Shown: positions 1 to 11,500 of the stretch, piece after piece
Numbering within the stretch: the first letter of the stretch is position 1
How the letters are laid out: the number at the start of each line of letters is the position of its first letter
Assembly (NCBI GenBank): GCA_004431415.1
Contig: QPMI01000052.1
Location: 1 to 57,314, forward strand
Length of the DNA stretch: 57,314 nucleotides
From: Cyanophora paradoxa CCMP329
Taxonomy: Eukaryota > Plantae > Glaucophyta
Direction of reading: 5' to 3'
Program-made: the position numbers and the translations under genes
Notes under the pieces: model-generated
What the model was told of the DNA's origin: nothing
The model's database searches: none
Seen by the model: only the letters and a program-made list of their open reading frames with translations

Positions 1-822
1 TTATAACACTTTGTAGCAGTTCGAAAGTAACAGGATTTCGGGTTCAGTGTCTTTTTCAGCTTCTACCTTCTCAGTCTTCACTTTATCACTTTTGGCTCCT
101 TTTTAACTGGTTTTGGCTCAGGGTATAATTTGCAAATGCAGAAATATTCGATTCATCCACAAGTTTAGTAGTAGCTGAGAAGTAAGATACAAAGAAGTCC
201 TCATTTCGCATTAACACTTTGTCACAGTCAACGAATTTCTTAAAGCAAACGTTTTTATCAACATCTTTTCGACTTATTTTGAGCATCCAGAGTCTCACCT
301 TTGCAGCAATTGAGGCAGATTAGGTTCTGTGTGGAGCTGTAAACTCCACTGTCATAATCCTCATTTTTCACCAATCCCATCGCTTTGAAAAGCTTGGGAT
401 ATCTTCATGTTTGCATGCAAGCGATTTAATAATAAAGTGGGCTGAAATCTTGAACTTGGTGACATCCTCCTTGATCAAATAAACCCTTCTATGGCGAACT
501 GCAACAGCAATATCGTTAATAGAAGTGGTACCAGATCGCTTCCATAGCTTATCTCTCATCTCTCTTACAACAGTTTCCGCCTCAGCATAGTTATCAGCAA
601 TGTTCTCCTTCAAATCAGCGAATTTATCCAGGTCCAGGTAAACTCTGGTGACTTGTCAGGTTGAATGCATTCAGCCCAGGTCTTAACCTTGCTATTATCA
701 ATGGCTTCAAGGGCATCTTCGGCAGAATCAAATACATGGGTGACCTTGTTGCGATCACCAATGAGAGTACTAAGGAATGTAGCATTTTCAACAGGGGTGG
801 CGAATTTCTCGATTTTGTTCAT
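1..822 (-). CDS. Archaeo-eukaryotic primase (PrimPol-type) domain, probably the N-terminus of a primase-helicase; frameshifted, runs off the left edge
   Basis: Joining frames gives motif I RVYLDLD (~625-645), motif II KISAHFII (~430-455) and motif III YDSGVYSSTQNLICLNCCK (~300-356). Confidence 0.75.
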
Positions 823-1008
823 TTTCGATTTTGGGGACTTCTACCTTTAACGAAGAAAATAATTTCGGAAGGAGGAATTGTCTTTTATATATATCCTATT
901 ATTTGCCAAGTCCTTAAGTAGTTTTGGGTCGGGATACTGTCTCGATATATAGGTACAGTTTTTAAAAAGAGGAAGAAGCTGTCATTTTTTGCTCCGATCA
1001 ATCGATTT

Positions 1009-2698
1009 CTACAAAATTTGTTTCGATCGAGAATTTATTCTTCGATATATTTCGAGGTCTTCCAACGGTTTATGCTCTTTGGGTTTCTTGGGCTGTTCAT
1101 CTTCTTTTGTGGTAATTTCCAGCGCTTTTGCCTTTTTTTGCTCGCGATATTCTTCATTTTCCTGTATTTCACTGGTGTCTGAGGGCATCTTTTTGAGTTC
1201 TTCTGGTGTGTGAACTGTAGCGGTCCTTGGGATAATCGTTCCTGCTCTTTTTATGATAGGCTTCGCGTTTTCTTTGGGCATCTTGCTCCCTTTTCAGTCT
1301 CAGTTCTCTGCTTTTTCATCATCTGTGAGTATCTTGCGGATATTTGGCATTTCTCTTTAATAGTAGATACGAAAATTTTTTCCTCATACATCTATCTACT
1401 TTTTCCTTAAGTCATTTTTGTTGCGAAACCAGTTCCTGTCTGTAAACTTTATAGCTGCCTCAGTGCTACTGAGACCGCTTTTTCTCATTATCTTATAGAC
1501 CTGGGGGTCATTGCTACTTCAGTAGGCAAATAATATTTAATCGGTCTCCCTCTGGGTCTCTGCTCCTTTTTGGGCTTTTCTGCGATAATAGGATGCCAGG
1601 GCTTGCTCTTTTATACTTCTATTTCTGGGCCTCTCTATATCGTTTGTGCTTGCTAGAATGTGTCTAATAGAACCTCAGTAACAGGTTCATCACTGGTAAA
1701 CTCGATTAAACTAATAGTGTCCCCATTTATATTCCGAGAAAACGTTTTCTGCTGTAAAAGAACTTCTCCTTGGATATCCTGCTGCTATATGCATACTCAT
1801 TGGGGTCTGCTGGCTTGACTCCACAGAAATCGTAGACCTCTTCTCTCTCTTGCTTCTGAGGCTTATCTCAGTATCTGACATCTCAACTCTATTGTTGTGT
1901 CACAGCATCACTGTGGCATTGCTTACACATGCAGACTGAGCATCTCAATAAACTTTCGTATTATATCCATGTCTCTAATAAACAGAGAAATTAAAGCCAA
2001 TGTCTTTTATATTACTGTGGGAGCTACTCCCTTTCTACTTCAGCTTAGTGGCACCAGGTTCAATGGTTCCTTTTGGGTCTTTGTTTCATTCATCTACTGC
2101 TTGCTCATCGATTTGGTCTCTTTCTTAGCAATAAACTGTTTATCTGGACACAGTAATGCCATTTTATAAACTCCTTTCGAAGCATCTCCTTTAGCTTAGC
2201 CTCTCTTTCTTCTCAGTAACATATGCTCCAAGGCACTTGATTTGGCTTCCAGATCTTTGAGTTTAGCAGTCACCTCATCCCATTGAGCCTTGGGAATTCG
2301 ATGAATATTTGAGTGGGAGCAGTCTTATATGTGACTTCACCAGCCATAGACTGGATAACTTGTCTGATTCCTTACTTAGACCTTCACCTTTGCGAGCCAG
2401 TGAAGATCTTGCAAGCCTAACCTTTATCATCAGCAGCACCAATAATTCGCCTGGCTCCTCAGCAACAGCTTCATCTTTGAGGCTTCAGGTGAAATGTTGA
2501 GTTGGTCACTGGTTGAAGCCTGTGGGGCTTTGTCATCAAATGATTCCTCATAGCAGCATTGAGGGGGTCTTTTGTGTTGAGAGGGCTTCACTTCATTCAT
2601 ACATTGAATTTCAGTGGGTCTGTGTTAATGGATCCATTGTTTCCACCACCTGAATAGCCAACAGCCCAGCTGGGATCCCTATCTTTCGTTGGGAGCAT
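1009..2698 (-). pseudogene. Fragmented Lys/Glu-rich viral ORF(s), unknown function; contains an AT-hook-like RPRGRP motif
   Basis: Coding-like minus-strand fragments broken by frameshifts. An ATG at 2698 reads MLPTKDRDPSW; KKEQRPRGRPIKY is encoded near 1535-1575. Confidence 0.4.
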
Positions 2699-2739
2699 TG
2701 TATCTTTATTAGAATGAGAGATAATTTTATAAACCGCGT

Positions 2740-3499
2740 TTATATCGCATCAATTTATTGCTATGGACTTGGCTTTCACTTCTTTGGGGCTTCCTCTTTC
2801 TCTGGTGGTTTCAGTTCATCTTCTTTCTTTTTTGGCTTCCTGTGGAAGCGAGGAAATGGGAAATCTTTCACAAGCTCAGCTTTATCTACATAGTATTTAA
2901 CTGAGTAGTTTGCAGAGGACCAAATGATATACTGATAGAGTGAACATACTCTTCAAACATCTTGTAGAAATCCTCTTATTTCGCATTATATTGTATTCTT
3001 CCTCTATGGCTTCCAGTTCTTTGCGATTTGCAGCACTTAGAAACATTGCATAATCCGAATTTACTCGAATAGTCGAAGAGACTTTTCTTAGCTTTTGTGT
3101 GATGCAGATAATGGATATTTTCGAATGGCGACCTCTGGAATACAGAGATCCGATTATTTTATCCCTTGTGAGATCGACTATTCATTATCGATTAAATCAT
3201 CTAAAACCACACACAATTGGTTAACAGGTTCACCTTTCTCTATTTTCTTGCCTCTCATCTAGCAATTTAGCAATGTAAGGGGCATCCCATTTTCCCAGTT
3301 GCAGTGTTGCCACTTTATCCCAGAATGATTGAAGCTGGTTCCACTCACAACTAATACAACATCATCTTTTGGCATCATGTAATTGCTTTAACCAATACTT
3401 TACAGCTTCTGATTTACCAGTTGCTGATTTTCCTATTGCCAATACACGAAATGGTGGTTCTATCATTTCACCAGCCACAAATTCATCCAAATCAGTCAT
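2740..3499 (-). CDS. A32/FtsK-HerA family viral DNA packaging ATPase (frameshifted)
   Basis: MTDLDEFVAGEMIEPPFRVLAIGKSATGKS (Walker A), CVVLDD (Walker B), SRGRHSKISIICITQ (arginine-finger/sensor motif typical of A32 ATPases) and IRVNSDY. The 3' end is approximate. Confidence 0.9.
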
Positions 3500-3559
3500 T
3501 GTTGTATATCTTTCTTAATAAAGACATATAAAATAATGCAGGGAGACTGAATATCGTAA

Positions 3560-4925
3560 CAATCTATAATTAATTCTGCGTAAACCATCTTTGTCGACAA
3601 TAATAAAGCTATGCATGAGAGCGCGAACATTAACATCGATTACCTTATCTGAAGGCATGTAGAGGGTGAGGAATGAGAGGAGGAATTTGTTAAATCAACA
3701 TAACCAGACTGGGCAATATTTCGAATCGCCTTTTCTCCATCAAGGCAGAAAGGCAATCCTGAAAGGACATAGCGATCAGCAACCTTATCCATGTTAGAGC
3801 ATTTGAAGGCATCAGCAATTAGCTCAGCACCTTTGAGTAGGGAAATTGGCTCAGTGGCAAAAAGTCGCTGACCATTTATTTCAGTTGTAAATGTTATGTC
3901 TTTGGAGTTGGCATAGGTCTTAAGAACACTGTGGAGCCATTGGATTTGTCAACAGTTGCATTATCACGAACTGAAACAAGCAGAGCATATACAAGACCTG
4001 AGATTTGAGAGAGGTTAATTCGATTGGGTTGGGCATTGCCCTTAGCAGGGAAAGCAATAGCATCAACAAATCCAATATCAAGGGAGGAATAGCCATGCCA
4101 GTAGTCTTAACTTTTTCAATTACAGTAGCGAAAAGCTCATCAGAAACATTAATAGCATGCATATAAAGGCGAGGAGAAGTAATTGAAATTTCAGGAGTTG
4201 TTGCACCAAGAGTAAAGTCTGTGATGTTTTGACCAACATTTGCCAGAACAGTTTCAGCAGGGGCAGTTCCAAGACCATCATCTTTTGAATAATCTACATC
4301 AGCTGCTGCAACAGTAAGACCACGACCACATAGGATGTTTCAACATAGCCTTTTCCAACATCCTTAAACCAAACAGTAACAACCATTTCACCAGATAAAG
4401 CACCAAGGGGAAGGTAGTGATTTAGCCAAGGCACTGGAATTTCAACGAAAAATGAGCCACCAAGTCGGTTGGTTCCATGAGCAGGGATGCCATGAACCAT
4501 GCCATTGATCGTTTCTTTTTAGCTAGTTGATCCTCCGAATAATAGACCAGGGGAAATGAGCAAGGAAATCAGATGGAATATGGTAGGTGTAAGATCCATA
4601 GGTAATTTCAAGTCGCTGAACTAAAGCACCAACTGGGCGAGTGTATCCATTGCGAACTAGATCAGTATCACCAGCAAAAGTGATAGCTGGAAGGTCAAAA
4701 GCAAGTTCGAGTTTTCCACAGAAATTGTAGCGAGGTAGCTTGAAGGAAATGCGATTTCCTACATTATTTGTGAAAGTATTACTAGGATTCACAACAACTA
4801 GAACTGGCTTAGACTTGGATTCGAGACCAAGCATAAGGGAGTTATCCAGGAAAAGGCTTTCGCCTCCTCTGGGTTGTTAGGGCTTCTTTCAGCGAAAGTC
4901 TTTGAAGAGTGGAAGTGATATCCAT
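3560..4925 (-). CDS. Major capsid protein, double jelly-roll type (frameshifted, roughly 450 aa)
   Basis: Collinear beta-rich fragments from an ATG at 4925: NRISFKLPRYNFCGKLELAFDLP, VQRLEITYG, FFVEIPVPWLNHYLPLGAL...VTVWF, ending MHSFIIVDKDG. Size and position between the ATPase and penton genes fit an MCP. Confidence 0.75.
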
Positions 4926-5027
4926 TATATTCTCTTTTATTATACTGCAACATAAAAAATCTACCAATGATCCTTAATTTATGCGAAGTTTGTAATAACT
5001 GGATAGGAAGGTGAAGCTGCGACATTC

Positions 5028-5974
5028 TCATCTTATAGTATTCATAAACTGGGTCCCAGCTGGCTCATCACCATAGCGAATTTCAAAGGTAAGATGAACA
5101 GGTTGACCCTCGAAATCAATTGGTTCATTAACAGCATTCACAATATCAACCGAGAAAGTGGATAATCCAACCTTCTTATTATAGTATTTGTAAAGTGGAT
5201 GAGCCTCTGTCGAATTGTAAACTACATGCTCACCATAATCTTTGTCAGGGACCACTATTTTATGGAAGTAACCAGTCAGGAGACCATCCCACATTGCACC
5301 AGATCACCCAGCTCCTTTACTCTCACAACAAACACTGTCCTGTCATTTCAGGCTCAAATGAAGATATAATACCGTTTACTCGAGTTCCAGTAAAGATTCC
5401 ATCAGTGAGAGCATCATAGACTGTGATTTGATTGGGGAATTACCATATCTTCCAGGATCAAGACCAAAAGTCGAGCTGAGCTTAACAGCTTTTGGATTGT
5501 TTTCAGGTTTGGGTCTACAGCAAGTGAGAAAGCCAGGTAAAACTTTTTTCGGAATGGAATATAATTCGTTTCAGTGACTCATCCATTTGCAGCGAACAGA
5601 TGGTTTAGGATTTCTGTCATTAAACTTTTCATTTATAACATTCACCAGCTGTTGGTGGTTTTGAATGGGGTTTCGCGATTTACAATGAATTGTTTCCATT
5701 GTTCAAATCAGCAGCTGGGCGAGTTGTTGGAATTCCTGTAATTCCAGCTCCCGCAAGCTCTTCAGAATAATAAATACTAAAAGTGTTGTCAACTGTTATA
5801 TCTCCTGCTTTGGTTTCACCACTCACCATAGGGATGCTGTTATAAAATTCGGCTGAGACCAGTCTCACAGCCTCACATTCTCATAAGTACTGGGGAGTCT
5901 AGCCACAAAGCTTGATGTGGGACCATCACCAGAGATTGTATTAAATGAGCTAACTCGATGTAATCCACAGGCAT
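5028..5974 (-). CDS. Minor capsid (penton-like, single jelly-roll) protein 1 (frameshifted)
   Basis: N-terminal SSFVARLPSTYENV-AVRLVSAEFYNS and C-terminal FSVDIVNAVNEPIDFEGQPVHLTFEI match the terminal patterns of PLV/NCLDV pentons. Confidence 0.7.
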
Positions 5975-6003
5975 TCTTCTTTTATCTATATTTATATATT
6001 AAA

Positions 6004-6934
6004 ATGAACCGGCTCGTTAATATTGATAGCAGGGATAGAAGCCAAGGACAAAATGAAAACTCTTACAGGGTCACCCTCACAACTCCAGTAGAGAGACCAA
6101 GGGAATGCAGGGTTCTATATGCAGAGATTCCAAACAGCATCTATAACAGTGTGGGAACTGATCATCTAACAGTTCAGTTTAATTACCAAGATGGTTCATA
6201 TAACCAAGTGATCACACAACAAGTGTATCCCTTCCCAGTGGCTACATCAATCAGGGTCATTTTGGGGTAACACACCTTATAATTATGGGCTGAACTATTC
6301 AAGCTTCCAAACTATTGCAGGCAAAACAGTAGCTTTTGAGTTCAAGATATTCTACAACCCAACAACCTATAAAGTGGAGTTTTACAGTAACCATGAGTTT
6401 CGTTTTATTGCAAGCAACCAGAGAATAGGAAAGCTTTTGGGTGTAAGTTCTACTGAATACACCACTGGGTATTATAGCACTCCTCCTGTTGGTGGATCAC
6501 CCTATCGACCTGAGAACCTGTTAAAGTATGATGGCAAACCTATTACACCTGATCACCCAGCATGGGGAATCACCTTCTCAGGACCCAGACTCTCCTCTAA
6601 GCCCTTGCAATATTATTTTGACAGCAGGAAGATGTCTGATATGAATGCTGAGCAGTATCTGTACATGCATATTAAAGAGCTGTCCCCCTTTGCCAGCAGA
6701 CACAATATAATTCCAAAATCGCAACCACAAAATCAGGGAGCTATCCTTAGATTGCAATTGAGTAAAGATATAGGGGGCTATGTTTACCATAGTGGTGAAC
6801 ATGCAGAATTTATTCAAATCAATGACAGAAACCTGGTGATAAGGGAACTCACTGTGGAGTTTAAAGATTACTTTGGTGAACTGATTGATATGAATGGAAT
6901 CGATAATTCTTTTCAGTTGGAGTTTATCGAATAA
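6004..6934 (+). CDS. Minor capsid (penton-like) protein 2 (frameshifted near 6260)
   Basis: MNRLVNIDSRDR...YRVTL...VLYAEIPNSIYN at the N-terminus and LTVEFKDYFGELIDMNGIDNSFQLEF at the C-terminus are penton-type signatures. Confidence 0.75.
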
Positions 6935-8478
6935 AGGCACCTGTAAAGTCAACTCTCATTGTGGGAGCATTCACATACACAAGGGGATAAATGCGAATAT
7001 ACTTGATTCTCAGAGAATAACCTATGTAAAAAGCATCCTTGATGCTGAGAGGAAATCCACTCAATAGAGCCACATCACCTGAGTTGTGAGCATTGTTAAT
7101 GTTCTCACAGACATACATTTTGTTTTGCCCATCTGATCGAATAAAAGACCAGTTGATCCCATCAGTGGATGTTGCCACATTGAAAGTCTTAATAAAAGCA
7201 TTGGTGTCCCCTGAGCCATAGGCAATCACAGAGGAGAGTTCAAAAGTGTATGGGAAAGCAACTTGAAGGTATTCAGTGGGGGTTTCCCATATCTGCTCAG
7301 GAGCAAAGGCTCCAGCTTCCCAGCCAAATGCTGAAGGTCTTGCCATGAAAGGCTCTTTACCTGTCACAGAGGATGAGGCAGTAAAGGCATCATCTGCAAG
7401 CTGATACCAATTGGCATCCAAAGGAGGTGATGTAGTGAGAGTGGATGAAATGTAAGCCTTTGAAGGGTTCTTTAGTTCATAGTTTGCTACTAGAAGGCTG
7501 CAAAGCTTATTGATCATATCATTGTTTGCTGCAATGTATGTTTCAGTGAATGCAAGCATGTCTGGGATCTTAGATGTGTCATCCAGGGAGCTTACTATAT
7601 GATTTGGAAGAGGGACTGATAACCTATAGTATCTCCCATAATCCTGATCATAGTTGTAGGGTAACAACTCCTCCATCTTATCAAGGGCAGAAAGCTCACT
7701 TGCAGCCATGAGCATGTTAATCAATGGGCTTCCATCTGTTGAGGCAATCCATGAGAGAATGCCCCAGCTGTTTACAGTCTCATAAGCATAACCCACATAA
7801 TCAGACTCTAAATGTGGGTCTACCTCACCACAAGAGATGCTTATTACTATAATATCATCATCATCACTGTAAATCTTCTTTGCATGGCTGTAACCACACA
7901 CACTGGGATTATTGTTTCCCGAAATGGCACCATCAATGAGACAGACATATACTCCCCTATTGAAATCAACAATGCTTACAGGAGAGAAATATGTAGGAGC
8001 AGCAGAAGTAGCCCTAGCAGCAATCTTACAAGGCATAAAGTTGTAATTGTTGTCATTTGTGATAAATATTGGTTTCATATTCTGAGTATCAAAGGATGTG
8101 ATCACAATGTCCTTAAGGGAATCCTGTATTAGTGATTCACCAGTAACTGAATTGATTGCAGTCTCCAAGGGTCCCACATCATACTTTGTGTTAAATAGGG
8201 CATTTTCAATGATATTTCGAGGATTTGCGAAAATCAAGGGCAGTTGAGTTAGGTAAATATTGTGTAAATCGTTTGCTGTCAGTTTAGGTTCACCTGGTTT
8301 ATCAGGATGCCTGATGTTTAACCCAATAGCAATGATCCCACCAGTGGAAGTTCCACTCACAGATCCACAAGATCGATTATTCTCCTGCCAGTTCGATTTT
8401 CGATTTCTTTGAGCAGCCTGGTTATGATAATGCCCCTTGCACCTCCCCTGACAAACTGAGAACTACTTTGAGAGGCAT
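6924..8478 (-). CDS. Patatin-like phospholipase fused to a C-terminal discoidin (F5/8 type C) domain
   Basis: ATG at 8478 reads MPLKVVLSLS-GGARGII (glycine loop, one G missing from a G run), then GTSTG nucleophile elbow, ATSAAPTYF and DGA. The C-terminus EYLQV...STDGINW...KYIRIYP...MRVDF is discoidin-like. Confidence 0.9.
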
Positions 8479-8521
8479 CTTTTACTTATCAGGAATTTTA
8501 TAAATCCATATAGTAAAAGCC

Positions 8522-11500
8522 ATGAGCTTCAATTACCCACCCAATCTAGAAACCATTCAAGATGATAATGCAAGCAGCACCAAGCATGTGAACTTTGATA
8601 ATATTAAAGTAAAGGGTTCAGTTTCAATTGACCACAGCTCTGATAATTCATCAAAGACTCAATCAAGGGAGCATGCTTTATCTGTGAATCAAACTGATCC
8701 AGATAAAGAGGATGTCAGTGTAGCTTTTAGTTTGGGTAATGTGAAAGCAAACCAAGTGGCAGAGATCAAAGCCACCAGAAGGAGACCTAGGAAACTCAAA
8801 ACCAGTGGCACTCATCCAGATATACCTTCCAGGTTCGATAGTGGTCGATTGATTTTCAATGTTCAAGATGAGCAGGGCAAACAGAACACAGCTTTACGAA
8901 TTTACAATGAGGGCAGCACTGCAAAAGCTGAGGTCCCCCAAGTATTGCAAGTGGGTCCCATTGCCAATACAAATCAGGTCTCCTACACAAATGATGTCTA
9001 CCCCAAGGATATTACATATGACTTTGCAAGAAATGAGCCTTTTGGGTTCTTTACTCCAAAAGATGTCCATCAAAAAAAGCCATCAATTACAATCAACAGT
9101 AGCCCCAGTCAACCAGTAGCAATCCATTTGCATCCTGATTTAGTCGAAATGGATAGGCACCTTTTGCCTTTGTATAGCAATGTGAAAGACCTTGGAATTC
9201 GAACCAGGCAATGGCGAAATATCCATGGCAGCAATGTGTATGCAAATGGAGAGAAGCTTGTTAGTGAGAAAACTCTAAGGGAAATCATTGAGCATTATGG
9301 TCCCAATGGACCTACTGTCCCATTCCCTATTCCATTTCCCAATGGACCACCCGATCTAACACCAAAGAAGCAGCCTGGAAGAGAATACACAGCAACTGAA
9401 GATGTAGCCTTTGGGCAGCATATTGTGAGTTGGGAGCAAGTTCGCAATAAACCTATAATTGAACCCAGAAAGCAAATAGATGAGCAGTATTTACCTCCTG
9501 AAATCGATATATTAGAGCTTGAAGAATATCAATTCGTTCCAGATGAGGAGGAGTATTTACCAGATGGTTTTGACCCACAAGAGTATGAGTATGATCAATT
9601 TGACCCCAATGAGGAGGAGATACTACCAGATGGCTTAGATCCTCAAGAGTTTGAGTATGAGCAGAACTATGAACCTGATGAGGAGTATTTGCCAGATGGG
9701 CATGATCCACCAGTTGTTGATTATGAGCAACCTTATGAACCCCATGAGGAATTATTACCAGATGGATTTCGACCTGAGATCTGGGAGTTCTTTCCTGATT
9801 ATGAACAAATTAATAATAAACCTGCAAAGTATCCCCCAGAGGATCACAATCATGATTGGGATGAGATCTTAGGCAAACCTCAAAAGTATCCACCAGAGGA
9901 TCACAGGCATGATTGGGGTGAAATTGATGGGATACCTACTGAGTTCCCACCAAGCAAACATGAACATACTTGGGATGAGATAAATGACCAACCAGAATTC
10001 GCAAAGGTGGAGCCTCTTGATAACTTGGGGGTTTCTCTTTACCAGACTTGCAATGTCCCTGAAAGGATTTTTTTGAATGAACACTATGTTCATGTGAATG
10101 GGACACTTGCAAATTCAGCTATGAGAGGACCACTTCATATTAGGACATTACCAGGCTCTTATGATCCACCACCTGAACCAGGAGCAACCATACCAAATAT
10201 CTTTGTGTCAAGCTACATGGAGGCTGACATTCCCACAGATACATTCAGAGTCCCAACAGACCCAGCAACCTACCAAAATTTCAACTCTGCTATACAGGTT
10301 CATGTAGCAGATGTAAGCAGTTTAGATGGATCAAGACCAATGATAGTATTCAGTCGAGATAAATATTCCTACATTCCCATAGTGGGAACTGCAAATGATA
10401 ACTATGGGAGGGCAGAGCTTGCATGGATTAAAACAGATTATGGTGGGGTTCTGGAAGCCAATCAGAGGATGGCTGCAAAAAACATACACAATGAGAACAT
10501 TTCGAGAGTGGTCACAGAGGATTATTTAGAAGAGCAAGGATATATTGATGAAGGTGAATTAACAAACATTCTTTCTCTTTTTGTGATCAAAAATGACACA
10601 AACCTTACAGTCACAAGTAACATTTTCACCAGTAACCTTTATACAAGTAACATATGGGCAAGTAACATATGGGCAAGTAACATATGGGCAAGTAACCTAT
10701 GGGCAGATGATATTTACACAAGTAATCTTACAGTGTATCGAAATATAACAATTGGAACACAAAATACTATACAAATACTTTATAGACCTTACTATGCTGT
10801 TACTACTGTCATTGATCCAGCCCCAATTATTCCAAATTGTATATTTGCATGGAAAGCATCAGGTCAACATGGTGAGTTGATATATTTCGAAGGTCAGTTA
10901 TATAACAGAGTTACTACACAGATACCATACATTACAAATAATTCGAAGTGGGAAAGTGTTTATTATTATTTGAATGCAACCCTGAACAATCAAATTTCGA
11001 TTGGGAAAGAATTAAACTTGGCTTATAGGAGTAGTGTTTCAATAGATTGGTCATCAGGTCTTACATTATTCTTTATAGGTAGGATCAATACAACAAATCC
11101 TTCTTATATGTTGAATATAAGGGATAGTTCTTATCAAAATTGGATTGGATATGGTTGTAAAAATCAAAAGTTTGGGGTTTCACTTCAAATTCAAAACGAT
11201 GTAGAAAATGCAACTCCTCCATTATTCGATGCATCATATATATATAATTCGTGGAATTATTGGGATTTCACTGTTTCCTCAGAGAAAATTGTTGTAGGAA
11301 TGGGTGGTGTAGATATCGGAACTTCATCAGGTTATTTTCTTCCACCTTCTAATTTTGCATCATTTGGTTCTTCTGTTGCTAATGGAGATCTTGCCGAAAT
11401 TATCGTTTTCAATCGTGCGTTATCTATTGAAGAAAAGAACGCGGTTAGATATTATATACAATTATTGTATGGATTTCCAAATACGCAGCCCATATTGAAT

